Positions 35,471 to 45,219 of a stretch of 64,000 nucleotides of DNA are shown piece by piece; position 1 is the first letter of the stretch, and each line of letters starts with the position of its first letter. The stretch lies in NCBI GenBank assembly GCA_024275485.1, contig JAJRZA010000050.1, positions 18,033-82,032 of the forward strand, written 5' to 3'. The notes under the pieces were generated by a model, which was not told the DNA's origin, did no database searches, and was given only the letters and a program-made list of their open reading frames with translations. This DNA comes from Candidatus Krumholzibacteriota bacterium. Its GTDB lineage: Bacteria > Krumholzibacteriota > Krumholzibacteriia > LZORAL124-64-63. The translations under genes and the position numbers were made by a program.

Positions 35471-36709
35471 GTGAAGATTCTCAAAAAAGACAAACGCAAT
35501 GAACAGCTCATTCGGTTCACAACCCATATGAACAAGATGGTGGTTGGTCAACCGGTTGCCATCGACAAACTCACCGATAGTTTCAGCAGGCTGATCGCCG
35601 GGGTTCACGATCCCGAGTCGCCCCTGTTGACAATGATGTTCATGGGACCAACCGGTGTGGGAAAAACCGAAACAGTGCGCGCTCTGGCCGAAACAATCTT
35701 CGGCAACAAGCGGGCCTACACCCGGGTGAACTGTCAGGAATATTCCGCCCATTACAATATCAGCAAACTGCTGGGCTCGCCTCCCGGCTATGTGGGCGGA
35801 GAAATCCGGCCTCTGCTGGCTCAGGAAAATATTGATCGCCACCACCGAAAGGCCCTGGAGAACCAATCGGGTCTGGTGAGTGAACCGGGAAGCAAGCTGA
35901 GCTCAATGTACTCTCCGGAAGCCGAAAAAAATCTTTCCATCATCCTCTTCGACGAAATCGAAAAGGCGCACCCCAAGCTGTGGAATCTGCTGCTGGGTAT
36001 GCTGGAAGATGGAACCGTGGTCCTGGGGAACAATGAAGAAGTGGACTTCCGCCAGTCCATCATTATCCTGACGACCAACGTGGGCAGCGCCGCCATGGGA
36101 GCCCACCTGGCGCAGAACAACATTGGCTTCTCCTCGGGCATCAGCGAAGAGACCATGGATCACGACATCGAAGAAGCGGCCATGCGCGAGGCCAAAAAAG
36201 TATTTCCCTTTGAATTCATCAACCGCTTTGACGACATCATCACCTATCACACTCTCAAGGAAACGCACCTGTACAGCATTCTGGACATCCTGATCGCCCA
36301 AATCCACCACCGTTCACTCATGTGCTCGGAGCCCTTCCTTTTGGAAATCACCCAGGATGCAAAGACCAAACTGGTGAAGGCAGGCACCGATATTCAATAC
36401 GGCGCCCGTCCCCTGAAAAGAATTGTGGAGAAGGAAATCGTCACTCCCATTTCCCATTACATTTGCAGCGACCAGATTCGCAAAGGCGATTTGATCACGG
36501 TGGACCTGGAGGAGGGGGAATTCCTGTTCCGCAAGGAAACCGGCGTTACCAGTTGGGAAGAGCTGGAAGGCCTCGGACCATTCCCGGAAGCCAAGTGGGC
36601 CAAGGAAGATCTGGGGGTCAAGGATGACGGTGGCGAGAAAAAACAGATCGTCGAGGAGATTGTCCAGGTGGTTGCTAACGCAGGGGCCTTGACCGGGGCA
36701 GAGGATTAG
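35471..36709 (+). CDS. Stand-alone ClpB/ClpA-D2-type AAA+ ATPase
   Basis: VVGQ, Walker A GPTGVGKT, pore loop PPGYVG, Walker B FDEIEKAHP, EFINR and YGARPL. Probable GTG start at 35471. Confidence 0.85.
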   Translation: MKILKKDKRNEQLIRFTTHMNKMVVGQPVAIDKLTDSFSRLIAGVHDPESPLLTMMFMGPTGVGKTETVRALAETIFGNKRAYTRVNCQEYSAHYNISKLLGSPPGYVGGEIRPLLAQENIDRHHRKALENQSGLVSEPGSKLSSMYSPEAEKNLSIILFDEIEKAHPKLWNLLLGMLEDGTVVLGNNEEVDFRQSIIILTTNVGSAAMGAHLAQNNIGFSSGISEETMDHDIEEAAMREAKKVFPFEFINRFDDIITYHTLKETHLYSILDILIAQIHHRSLMCSEPFLLEITQDAKTKLVKAGTDIQYGARPLKRIVEKEIVTPISHYICSDQIRKGDLITVDLEEGEFLFRKETGVTSWEELEGLGPFPEAKWAKEDLGVKDDGGEKKQIVEEIVQVVANAGALTGAED

Positions 36710-36843
36710 GACCACCTGGTTGAAAAAACCCCCCAGCCAAAAAGGCCGGGGTTGAAAATGGATTCCGCGACAAAACAATTATAAAACTTCATTGATCAAT
36801 CGATTCGCAATGCGATTCGGTAAAGCGTTGGCCTGATGGAATT

Positions 36844-37182
36844 CTAGGGCCAGTACAGAATGCGCCCGCAACTTTCACATTTCTGAACCCTGTTGGCGTT
36901 CGTCTTGCTGACAAACTGAGCAGGAATGTTGGCAAAGCAGCCGGTGCAAAGATTGTTCACAACCGGAACAACCGCATGGCCAAATTTGTCGGTCAGCCGG
37001 CGATACCAGCTCATGTGGCGCGGATCAACTTTTTCCGCCAGTTGATCACGGGCTGTTTTCAAATCATCAATCCCGCCATGCTTGAAGCCCATACCCTCGA
37101 GTTCATCACCCTGGGTTTCCACTTCCTTGAGCATGCCTTCCATATCCTGCAGGGCAACCAGAAGCTGGAGTTGTGGATTCAT
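36844..37182 (-). CDS. Short C4 zinc-ribbon protein (DUF164/zf-RING_7-like)
   Basis: CTGC...CESCGRILY; N-terminal LLVALQD helix. Confidence 0.8.
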   Translation of the reverse strand: MNPQLQLLVALQDMEGMLKEVETQGDELEGMGFKHGGIDDLKTARDQLAEKVDPRHMSWYRRLTDKFGHAVVPVVNNLCTGCFANIPAQFVSKTNANRVQKCESCGRILYWP

Positions 37183-37184
37183 GC

Positions 37185-37646
37185 CTACTCCCCTTTCATG
37201 GCGGTGCAGAAAGATTCATAGTCTTCGGCGATCATCAGGCTTTCCCGCAAATCAGCATCCTGGATGCGATCGATGAGGGCAGCCAGGCTTTTGATGTACT
37301 GATGGCCGGAGTCCTGGGGTGGTGCGATCAAAACAAAGAAGAGCTTGGTGGGATTACCGTCTTCCGAATCGAAATCCACGCCTTCAGGGCAGCGGCCAAT
37401 CAGGATGGTCAGGCGTTGCACCGAGAGGGTACGACCGTGGGGGAAGGCGATGCCGGGGGCCACTGCCGTGCTGCCCAGGTTTTCCCGGCTCTGCAGCATC
37501 TGCATGATGTTGTCGGCGTTGTTGATTTCGGTTCCGCTGATGAGGCCCTTGACCAGTTCGGCCAAAGCGCCATCCTTGTCGGTGGCCTGAATGTTGGGAA
37601 GAAATAGATCGGATGAGGTGTGTTTGAGAACCTCGACAATATCCAT
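37185..37646 (-). CDS. PTS EIIA (Ntr-type) domain protein
   Basis: RENLGSTAVAPGIAFPHGR and GVDFDSEDG motifs. Confidence 0.88.
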   Translation of the reverse strand: MDIVEVLKHTSSDLFLPNIQATDKDGALAELVKGLISGTEINNADNIMQMLQSRENLGSTAVAPGIAFPHGRTLSVQRLTILIGRCPEGVDFDSEDGNPTKLFFVLIAPPQDSGHQYIKSLAALIDRIQDADLRESLMIAEDYESFCTAMKGE

Positions 37647-37738
37647 TGCGTTGCACCGCCTTGAGAATGCCACCAAATTGTGTTAGGACTGATTCAATGA
37701 AAAGCTAACCGATCCCTGGACGATCCACAAGTTTCAAA

Positions 37739-38764
37739 GTGTACGATGGGCCTGGAAAACCGGTTCCAGGAGCGATGGAGGCTGATATTTCCAAAAAGAT
37801 GACCATCCCGGACGATTCTTTCCTTGAAGGCATCGTCATTCGGTCAACCGCAGGCCACTTGCAGATATCCCTGGACTCCGCCATCTGGCGCTGCCAAATA
37901 CGGGGACGTCTGAAAAAAGGCCCCCGCACCTGTCAGACCCTGGCGGTCGTGGGCGACCGTGTCCGATTCTCTATTTTGGACGAAGCAGCCGATCCTCCCA
38001 CTGGGGTGGTGGAGGAAGTTCTGGCCCGTCGCAACCGCATTTCCCGCATGGCAGCCAAGCGCAGTGGAGGCAATGTGGAGCAGGTCCTGATGGCCAATCT
38101 TGATCAGGTCGTGGCAGTTCAATCGGTCTTGGAACCCGCCCCACAAACCGGGTTTGTGGATCGTCTGCTGGTGGCGTCGGAACGTTTTGGGGTGGCGGGG
38201 ATTCTGGTGCTCAACAAGTGGGACCTGGTGGAGGATGGGCAGTATCGGGAAAAGTGGGAATATTTTGAAAAGCTGGACTACCGGGTCCTGTTCACCAGCG
38301 CCGAAACGGGACAGGGAGTGGAGGATTTTCGACAGATGTTGAAGGACCGGATCTCCCTGCTGATTGGTGCTTCGGGAGTGGGTAAAAGCACCCTCCTGAA
38401 CGCCATTCAACCGGAGCTGGGGTTGCGGGTGAATGAAGTCGCCAATAAAACCGGATTGGGTCGCCATACCACCACGCGGACCGAATTGTTCCCCCTGGAC
38501 ACCGGCGGTTTTATCGCCGACAGCCCGGGTATTCGCGGATTTGATCCCTGGGACATTGATCCGCTGGCGGTGCGTGACTATTTTCCGGACTTCAGGGAAG
38601 GACAGTCGGAGTGCCGATACCGGACCTGCATGCACCGGGACGAACCCGCCTGCGGGGTAAAAGAGGCTGTGGCCCGGGGAATAATTCCCGGTTGGCGGCA
38701 TGACGCCTACCTTGCTCTTTTGGGCGATCTGGAAGAGCGAAAGAAGAGATTGGGATATCGTTGA
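37739..38764 (+). CDS. rsgA: Ribosome small subunit-dependent GTPase A
   Basis: Circularly permuted NKWD, GASGVGKS, GRHTT and DSPG motifs; Zn site C..C.H..EP.C. Start is likely 37775 or 37799. Confidence 0.95.
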   Translation: MYDGPGKPVPGAMEADISKKMTIPDDSFLEGIVIRSTAGHLQISLDSAIWRCQIRGRLKKGPRTCQTLAVVGDRVRFSILDEAADPPTGVVEEVLARRNRISRMAAKRSGGNVEQVLMANLDQVVAVQSVLEPAPQTGFVDRLLVASERFGVAGILVLNKWDLVEDGQYREKWEYFEKLDYRVLFTSAETGQGVEDFRQMLKDRISLLIGASGVGKSTLLNAIQPELGLRVNEVANKTGLGRHTTTRTELFPLDTGGFIADSPGIRGFDPWDIDPLAVRDYFPDFREGQSECRYRTCMHRDEPACGVKEAVARGIIPGWRHDAYLALLGDLEERKKRLGYR

Positions 38765-39057
38765 GGGTGGTCAGCCAAACAAACCATAGAAACGAAGGGC
38801 TTCTTCGCCTTCGTGTAGAAATTTGTCCAGGGGTAAAATTCCCGTGGGCGGGTTCCAGGGAGTTGATCTTTCCACAAGTTGGGTTTTTTGCCAACCGGGT
38901 AAAGGATTACCCAGCAGCAGGTGCGATTTGGCGGTAACTTCGTAAAGACCCAGCAGGTCCGTAGTAATGGCAATGAGGCAGATACAAGCAAAAGGCAAGG
39001 GGCGCATCATTCTCTCCCTGGTCAGGTTTTTCCAGGTCGACGCAAAGCGTATGCCAG

Positions 39058-40224
39058 ATGCCAGGGGCCAAGCCGACTCAACAGTTAAAATGGAGATTCT
39101 GGATTTTGAAACGTTGGCTTAGCAAAACCGTGGCCAGGCTTGTGCGGCGACCTCACCTGAAACCGGAACAATTGCTGTTCATGCAGCCGGGCCGAATTTT
39201 GGTGGTCCGTCAGCAAAACCAGATGGGCGATATGGTTTGCGCCACCCCGGTGTTTCGAGCCCTGCGGGAAACTTTTCCCGATGCTCGCATCGCCCTGGTC
39301 ACTTCACCGGTCAACATGGCAGTGGTGAGGCACAATCCCCATTTGGACCAGGTGTTTACCTTCGACCAAAAGATGTGGCGCAATCCTTTTCGATTGCTGC
39401 CCTTCTTGATGGAATTGCGGTCTTACCGTGCGGATGTTGCCTTCGTGCTTTCGAGTGTCTCCTTTTCGGTGACGAGCGCTGCATTGGCCCTTATCTCGGG
39501 TTCACCATATGTGGTTGGTGCCGACAGTCGTCCTTTTGGTTTGGACGTCAGTCATCATGCTTTTTCCCTGGAGATGCCTTCGGTACCGGAGCAGGACCGT
39601 CACACGGTGCTGCACAATTTGGCACCGCTTCAGGCCATCGGTATTACCACCAACGACTTCTCCACCGTGGTTGTACCGTCGGCAGGGGAGCAGGAGGCCG
39701 CCCGGAGAATTCTCGACGACCTCGGCTTTTCTCCAGGGTTTTGGGCCTTGCATCCGGGTGCGGGGAAAATGCAGAATGTCTGGCCTGCAGCCGATTTTGC
39801 ACAAGTGGCCCAGCGGGGTGCAGCCATGGGGTACCAGATTCTGATCCTTCATGGTCCGGCCGATGCTGGGCCGCTGGCGGAGTTGGAATCAAACCTGGAA
39901 GATCTGCCTGATGATAGTCAGAAAGATCACATCAAAGTGGCTCCGCCATGCAGTATAGGGGTGGGGGCGGCCCTGCTTCAGCAAGCTGACCGCTTCCTGT
40001 GCAACGATACAGGAGTGATGCACATGGCTGGTGCCCTGCCCATTGCGACCTTGGCCCTCTTTGGCCCCACCAATCCGGAATTCTGGAAACCATCCGCGCC
40101 CGAAGTGGTGGCTCTCTGCAGTCCAAGGCAATCTGCCGACGACCGGGGTGAAGAGTTCGGGTGGATGCAGAATATCACTCCCACAGAAGTATGGAATGCC
40201 TGGCAGAACTTGCCGGGAAGATAG
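39058..40224 (+). CDS. Glycosyltransferase family 9 (LPS heptosyltransferase-like)
   Basis: QMGDMV, HPGA..W, NDTGVMH and LFGPT motifs. Confidence 0.9.
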   Translation: MPGAKPTQQLKWRFWILKRWLSKTVARLVRRPHLKPEQLLFMQPGRILVVRQQNQMGDMVCATPVFRALRETFPDARIALVTSPVNMAVVRHNPHLDQVFTFDQKMWRNPFRLLPFLMELRSYRADVAFVLSSVSFSVTSAALALISGSPYVVGADSRPFGLDVSHHAFSLEMPSVPEQDRHTVLHNLAPLQAIGITTNDFSTVVVPSAGEQEAARRILDDLGFSPGFWALHPGAGKMQNVWPAADFAQVAQRGAAMGYQILILHGPADAGPLAELESNLEDLPDDSQKDHIKVAPPCSIGVGAALLQQADRFLCNDTGVMHMAGALPIATLALFGPTNPEFWKPSAPEVVALCSPRQSADDRGEEFGWMQNITPTEVWNAWQNLPGR

Positions 40225-40234
40225 GAATTTTGAT

Positions 40235-40939
40235 ATGGCCATGGAAATGGTGGCGATTCGATTGTTGGTTTTGGTGTTCTCGGTGGTGGTGCATGAAGTG
40301 GCCCACGGCTGGACTGCCCTGAAGCTGGGCGATACAACCGCCAGGGATGCCCAGCGGCTGACCCTCAATCCCCTGCCTCATATTGACCCCGTGGGTTCCA
40401 TCATCCTGCCGTTAGTCCTGGCTGTCACCGGCAGTCCGATCATGTTCGGTTGGGCCAAACCAGTACCTGTTCGGGTGGGAATGCTCAACGATCCGAAAAA
40501 TGATCATGCCAAAGTTGCGGCCGCCGGTCCGGTGAGCAACCTGCTTCTGGCTCTGATTTGCGCTGTTCTGTTGGGAGTGTTGATCCTGGTGGCCAGCCTT
40601 GTACTCAGTGATGATTCCAACATCGCCCGGCAGACGAATTCGCCATTGTACTTTCTGGTGCATCTGCTGGAGACGGGAATCCTGTTGAACGTGGCTCTGG
40701 CCGTGTTCAACCTCTTGCCCCTGCCGCCGCTGGATGGCAGCTGGATTATTTCCAGGTTTTTGCCCTACCAATACCGATGGCGCTATGAAAACCTTCGCCG
40801 CTACTCGATGGTGATGATTCTCGGCTTTCTACTTCTGGTGCGTTACACAGTCGTTGGCCAGTTATTCGTGGGACTGATTTTCTTCGGTTCCGGGATCATG
40901 CATCGGGTCACCGGTAGCATCATCGGTCTGCTTGGCTAG
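40235..40939 (+). CDS. Site-2 protease (M50 family)
   Basis: HEVAH, AAGPVSN and FNLLPLPPLDG motifs. Confidence 0.93.
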   Translation: MAMEMVAIRLLVLVFSVVVHEVAHGWTALKLGDTTARDAQRLTLNPLPHIDPVGSIILPLVLAVTGSPIMFGWAKPVPVRVGMLNDPKNDHAKVAAAGPVSNLLLALICAVLLGVLILVASLVLSDDSNIARQTNSPLYFLVHLLETGILLNVALAVFNLLPLPPLDGSWIISRFLPYQYRWRYENLRRYSMVMILGFLLLVRYTVVGQLFVGLIFFGSGIMHRVTGSIIGLLG

Positions 40940-40970
40940 GCCAGGTCAACCCGATGGATCTGTTGCACGG

Positions 40971-41396
40971 CTATTGCATCCCTATCCTGGATTCATCTTC
41001 AGGCCCATAATAGTTGACTGCAGCCCAGGCGCTCTCGTTGCCGGTTTCATCCAGGGCGGTCACCAAATAGGTGCAGGCCACATTGACGGGATGATCATCG
41101 ATCCAGATGGTATCCTGAGTGGGCAGATCCAACATTGGATAATGATCTCCCCAGACAACCCGGTAGACCATGAATCCGTGGAAGTCTTCATCCACGACGT
41201 TGGCGTCCCAGGTGACCTTTACGTTGTCATTGGAAGTTGAGGCCGCCAGCCCGGTTGGTGCGGCAGGGGGGGCCGTGTCCGCCACGGTCTCGGGAACAAC
41301 GACCGGTGCCAGGGCATTGTCGCTTTCACAACCTGTCAGGACCAGGGCTCCGATAATCATGGCAAACAGGGCAAACATCTTCAGAGTGGGTTTCAT
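40971..41396 (-). CDS. Lipoprotein with a single FN3-like domain
   Basis: Lipobox LTG-C; DTAPPAAPTGL...TWDAN...GNES. Confidence 0.75.
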   Translation of the reverse strand: MKPTLKMFALFAMIIGALVLTGCESDNALAPVVVPETVADTAPPAAPTGLAASTSNDNVKVTWDANVVDEDFHGFMVYRVVWGDHYPMLDLPTQDTIWIDDHPVNVACTYLVTALDETGNESAWAAVNYYGPEDESRIGMQ

Positions 41397-41502
41397 TATG
41401 CTGCTCCTCAACTCCACGGTTGTTCAAATCCGGCAAGGCCCTCCGCAGGAGCGGAAGGCCTTGTTGTGCTACCCAGCGAAGGGGATCACTATTCCGGAAT
41501 TC

Positions 41503-41922
41503 CTAGTCATGCAGGTTTTCATCTTCAGGGTGACGACCGCTCAGATTATAATCGACGCTGGCGACGGCGCTGGCGTTACCGACCAGATCCACACTGTAGA
41601 CCTGATAGGTATTCAAACCCATGGCAGGGCTGTCTTCAAAGCTCTGAATGATGCTGGGGCTGGCAACCAGAGATGTCATCACGCCGTAGTTGTCCCGGCT
41701 GACAATAAAGCCGGCCAGATCAGCGTCGGTGGTGTTTGCATCCCAAGTCAGGGTGATCAAACCATCAACATAAGCGGCACCCAGGTTCGAAGGAACGGCG
41801 GGCGGAGCAGTGTCAACAACCGGGGGGTCGACGATGCTGGTGGTGTCGTCGCTGCAGCCAATGCTGACCAGAGACAGTGTGGTAATCAGTGCGAGAGTTA
41901 CGATGAGTTTGATGCTGGACAT
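41503..41922 (-). CDS. Lipoprotein with a single FN3-like domain (paralog of the adjacent gene)
   Basis: RBS AGGAGG; lipobox SIG-C; DTAPPAVPSNL...TWDAN...GNAS. Confidence 0.75.
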   Translation of the reverse strand: MSSIKLIVTLALITTLSLVSIGCSDDTTSIVDPPVVDTAPPAVPSNLGAAYVDGLITLTWDANTTDADLAGFIVSRDNYGVMTSLVASPSIIQSFEDSPAMGLNTYQVYSVDLVGNASAVASVDYNLSGRHPEDENLHD

Positions 41923-42341
41923 GAGTGGTCCTCCTTGTTTCGCTAAGTTGCCCAATGGCTTTATTGTTGGGCGGCCGGACGGAATCGGTTGCAGTGGCAC
42001 AGTTGTTTTCTTGCTGCCCATCCGGCCGCGTCCACGTCCAGTCAAAAGCAAACAGGATGCCACTTGTTGAGTGGTAAACCGGAAACCAGTAAAGCCTATG
42101 TTTTTCAAGGAATTAGGAGTGCCAATAACCCCTGCCTTGGCACAACGGGATACAATGGGATGCAATTTGACGTTTCGTCTTGCGATGCCTGGCCCCCGAG
42201 ATGTTGCAAGATGCCCGAGACAGACAACCATCAATAGTTTGGATTGGTCCAAAAACGGATAAGACCCTTGACAAACCACCATTTATGCCGGATGATGTAA
42301 TCCACAAACCAATTCTGCGGTGATTCTTCCATTGATTTAGG

Positions 42342-42414
42342 GAATTGGTTCTGTTTTTGAATTGGTTTGACTAAATTGGTTGAACTGAATTGGTTGGACT
42401 GAATTGGTTGGACA
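42342..42414 (+). repeat. Direct repeat array, core (G/A)AATTGGTT x5, four copies at a 14-bp period
   Basis: Cores start at 42342, 42359, 42373, 42387 and 42401; an inverted copy AACCAATTC is at 42307-42315. Confidence 0.85.
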
Positions 42415-42428
42415 CTAGGAGGCACGTC

Positions 42429-42707
42429 ATGACCAAAGCCGATATCGTTGAGGACATTGCCCAAAAAACCGGCCTGACCAAAAAGGAAGTCGCCGAGACC
42501 GTGGACCTGTTCCTGGTCAAGATTGGTGATCTCCTGGTGGAAGGACGCCATTTGGAAATTCGTGGCTTTGGAACCTTTAAGGTCAAAGAGCGCAAAGAAC
42601 GCATGGCCCGGAATCCCAGGACCGGAGAAGCGGTGCCCGTGCCCGCTCGCAAAGTTCCTGTTTTCAAGGTTTCCAAAATGCTCAAGGACAAGGTGGCCGG
42701 GCAATAG
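42429..42707 (+). CDS. hup: HU/IHF family DNA-binding protein
   Basis: MTKADIV...IRGFGTF...RNPRTG; RBS AGGAGG. Confidence 0.92.
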   Translation: MTKADIVEDIAQKTGLTKKEVAETVDLFLVKIGDLLVEGRHLEIRGFGTFKVKERKERMARNPRTGEAVPVPARKVPVFKVSKMLKDKVAGQ

Positions 42708-42779
42708 CAACCAGGCAATAGCATCCCGGCCCGGGCCCAAACCCCGACCGGGCCCCGTGAGCCAATCAATTCCATATTG

Positions 42780-42820
42780 AAACCGGTGACCCGACCACAA
42801 TTCGGGTCGTCGGTTTTTGT
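42780..42820 (+). terminator. Intrinsic terminator after HU
   Basis: AAACCG-G-TGACCCGA / TCGGGTCG-T-CGGTTT stem followed by a T-rich tail. Confidence 0.65.
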
Positions 42821-42844
42821 TTGTAACCAAACAGGGAGGCAGGC

Positions 42845-43876
42845 ATGAAAGTAATAGATATGCGAAGTGATACCGTGACTCGTCCCACCGCGGCCATGCG
42901 AAAGGCCATGGCAGCAGCTGAAGTGGGGGACGACGTTTTTGGAGATGATCCCACCGTCAACCAATTGCAGGAAAGAGTGGCCGATCTGCTGGGAAAGCAG
43001 GCTGCCCTGTTCGTTCCCAGCGGAACCATGGGCAATCAACTCGCCCTGAAGGCCCAAACCCAACCAGGTGACCAAATCATCCTGGAAGACGGCGCCCATA
43101 TCTATAGGTATGAAGGTGGTGGGTCCGCTGCCGTATCGGGTGTTCTGAATACCTGCGTGCATACTGAGGGAGGGCAGATAACCTGGTCACACATTGCCAA
43201 TGGCCTCAATCCTCGGGATGTGCACAGCGCGCCTACCTCGTTGATTTGTCTGGAAAACACCCACAATCGGGCCGGTGGCCGTATTCTGGCCCAGGACCAG
43301 GTCATCGAAATTGGCCAATGGTCCCACGATTTGGGTTTGCGGGTCCATTTGGACGGAGCCCGGATCTGGCATGCCTATATTGCCACCGGGTTACCCCTTT
43401 GCGAGTTGTGCGATCCCGTCGATACCATCAGTGTTTGTTTTTCCAAGGCCCTCGGGGCACCCGTGGGGTCTATTCTGGCGGGAGATTCGGAAACCATCAC
43501 CCGGGCCCACCGCTTCCGGAAAATGCTTGGTGGTGGCATGCGTCAGGCAGGAATACTGGCTGCCGCTTGCATTTATGCCCTGGACCACCATCTTGAGCGG
43601 CTGGTCGAAGACCATCAGCAGGCAAATTTGCTGGCCACAGGGCTTGACCATCCGGCTTTGAGGGTCAATCATCCGGTGGAGACCAACATCGTGATCATGG
43701 ATGTGGCTGGAGTCGGCAACGATCAGTCCCTGTTGAAGCACCTTACTGACAATGGTGTGCTAGGGGTGGGGTTCGGTCCCGGCCGGGTCAGGCTCATTCC
43801 CAATCTGGACACCAGCAATGCCGATGTGCAGCGGGTTCTGGATGTGTTGAATTCCTTTGCGGGAGAAGTGAATTGA
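42845..43876 (+). CDS. ltaE: Low-specificity L-threonine aldolase
   Basis: [32 protein letters not shown] and GGGMRQ motifs. Confidence 0.95.
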   Translation: MKVIDMRSDTVTRPTAAMRKAMAAAEVGDDVFGDDPTVNQLQERVADLLGKQAALFVPSGTMGNQLALKAQTQPGDQIILEDGAHIYRYEGGGSAAVSGVLNTCVHTEGGQITWSHIANGLNPRDVHSAPTSLICLENTHNRAGGRILAQDQVIEIGQWSHDLGLRVHLDGARIWHAYIATGLPLCELCDPVDTISVCFSKALGAPVGSILAGDSETITRAHRFRKMLGGGMRQAGILAAACIYALDHHLERLVEDHQQANLLATGLDHPALRVNHPVETNIVIMDVAGVGNDQSLLKHLTDNGVLGVGFGPGRVRLIPNLDTSNADVQRVLDVLNSFAGEVN

Positions 43877-45219
43877 AAATCGTCATTGTGGGAGCCGGAT
43901 CCGTAGGCTTTGAGCTGGCCAGAACCATCAGTCGCCGGGAACACGATGTGATCCTGGTGGAACGTGATGTGGATATTGCCAACACCACCGCCGAAAGCCT
44001 GGACTGCAGTCTGGTGGTGGGCAGTGGAGTCAATCCGCAGGTCCTGTGCAATATAGGCATGCGCGACTGTGACCTCTTTGCGGCGGTCACCGATCGGGAC
44101 GAGATCAACATCATCGCCTGCCAGACGGCCCACGCCCTGGGGGCCAAGGTCAAGGTGGCCCGGGTGCGGCAGGAAGAATATTACTTGGACCACCGGCTGG
44201 TGCTCGACGGCATTGATTTGGCCATCAACCCCGATCACGAAGCCGCGCATGCCATCCGCAAACTGCTTTTTCAGACAGAAGCTGCCGAGGTGCACGAATT
44301 CGCCGGTGGCAAGGTTCGGGTGGTGGGAGCCAGGGTTGTGGCCAACTCCGATGTTGATGGCCAGAGCCTGGCGCAGTTGCATGGTCGACTGGGAGAAAAT
44401 ATCGCCCTGGTCATCACCATCGTACGAGGCGAAGAAACTCTCATACCCAAGGGTGATACAGTGATCCAGGCCGAGGATATGGTCTATCTGGCCGGGCCTC
44501 GCAGCGTGGTGAATAAGAGCCTCATGCATTTCCGTGCACCGGGTCGCAAGCTCACCAAGGTGATGATTGTCGGTGCCAATGCCATGGGGCGGGAGCTGGC
44601 CCGCGATCTGGCGGCGGCCCGGGTCAAAGTCAAGCTTATCGACCGCAACGAAGAGAAATGCCGGAGGGCCAGCGAGTCGCTCAAAGGGGTCCTGGTGCTC
44701 CACGGCGAAGGAACCGATGCCGACTTGCTGGAGAGCGAAGGTGTGGCCGAAATGGACGGCTTCGTTTCGGTGAGCAACGACGAAGAGACCAACGCCATGG
44801 CCTGCCTGCTGGCCCATTATCATGGGGCAGGAAAAACTGTTTGCCTCGTCAACCGTCCCGACTATGTACCTCTGTTGCCTCTGCTGGGTGTGGATTCTGT
44901 CATCTCGCCTCGCCTATCCACTTCGGCCTGGATTGCCCGCTTTGTCAAAAGAGGGGCCGTCATCAGCTCGGAAAGCTTGGGCTACAGCGGGTCGGAAATC
45001 CTGCAGTTGCGTGTGCAAGAGGGATGTTCGTGGCTTGGCAAACCATTGTCGAAACTCAGTTTTCCCGTACATGCGGTCATCGGCGCGGTGCTCAAAAGAG
45101 GTCGGGTGTTGACACCCCGGGGCGATACCGTGCTCTCGGTTGGTGATGAAGTTGTTGTTTTTGCTCTTTCGGACGGAGTGACGGCTGTGGAAAACTTTTT
45201 TTCCGGTGGTAAACGTTGA
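43873..45219 (+). CDS. trkA: Trk system potassium uptake protein TrkA
   Basis: Two RCK (N+C) units; IVGAGSVG; adjacent to trkH. Confidence 0.95.
   Translation: MKIVIVGAGSVGFELARTISRREHDVILVERDVDIANTTAESLDCSLVVGSGVNPQVLCNIGMRDCDLFAAVTDRDEINIIACQTAHALGAKVKVARVRQEEYYLDHRLVLDGIDLAINPDHEAAHAIRKLLFQTEAAEVHEFAGGKVRVVGARVVANSDVDGQSLAQLHGRLGENIALVITIVRGEETLIPKGDTVIQAEDMVYLAGPRSVVNKSLMHFRAPGRKLTKVMIVGANAMGRELARDLAAARVKVKLIDRNEEKCRRASESLKGVLVLHGEGTDADLLESEGVAEMDGFVSVSNDEETNAMACLLAHYHGAGKTVCLVNRPDYVPLLPLLGVDSVISPRLSTSAWIARFVKRGAVISSESLGYSGSEILQLRVQEGCSWLGKPLSKLSFPVHAVIGAVLKRGRVLTPRGDTVLSVGDEVVVFALSDGVTAVENFFSGGKR

Noticed and set aside
38771-39010. 79-aa minus-strand ORF in the rsgA-GT9 gap
   Set aside because: No recognisable motif; cannot be supported, although a small gene is not excluded.
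38985-39075. c-di-GMP-I riboswitch (GGCAA...GACGCAAAGC)
   Set aside because: There is no GNRA-capped P2 stem and no proper P3; only short motif matches.
42119-42143. Sigma54 promoters at the TGGCAC elements
   Set aside because: There is no TTGC -12 element at the correct spacing on either strand.
42342-42414. Possible CRISPR array
   Set aside because: The period is only 14 bp, there are no unique spacers and no cas genes.
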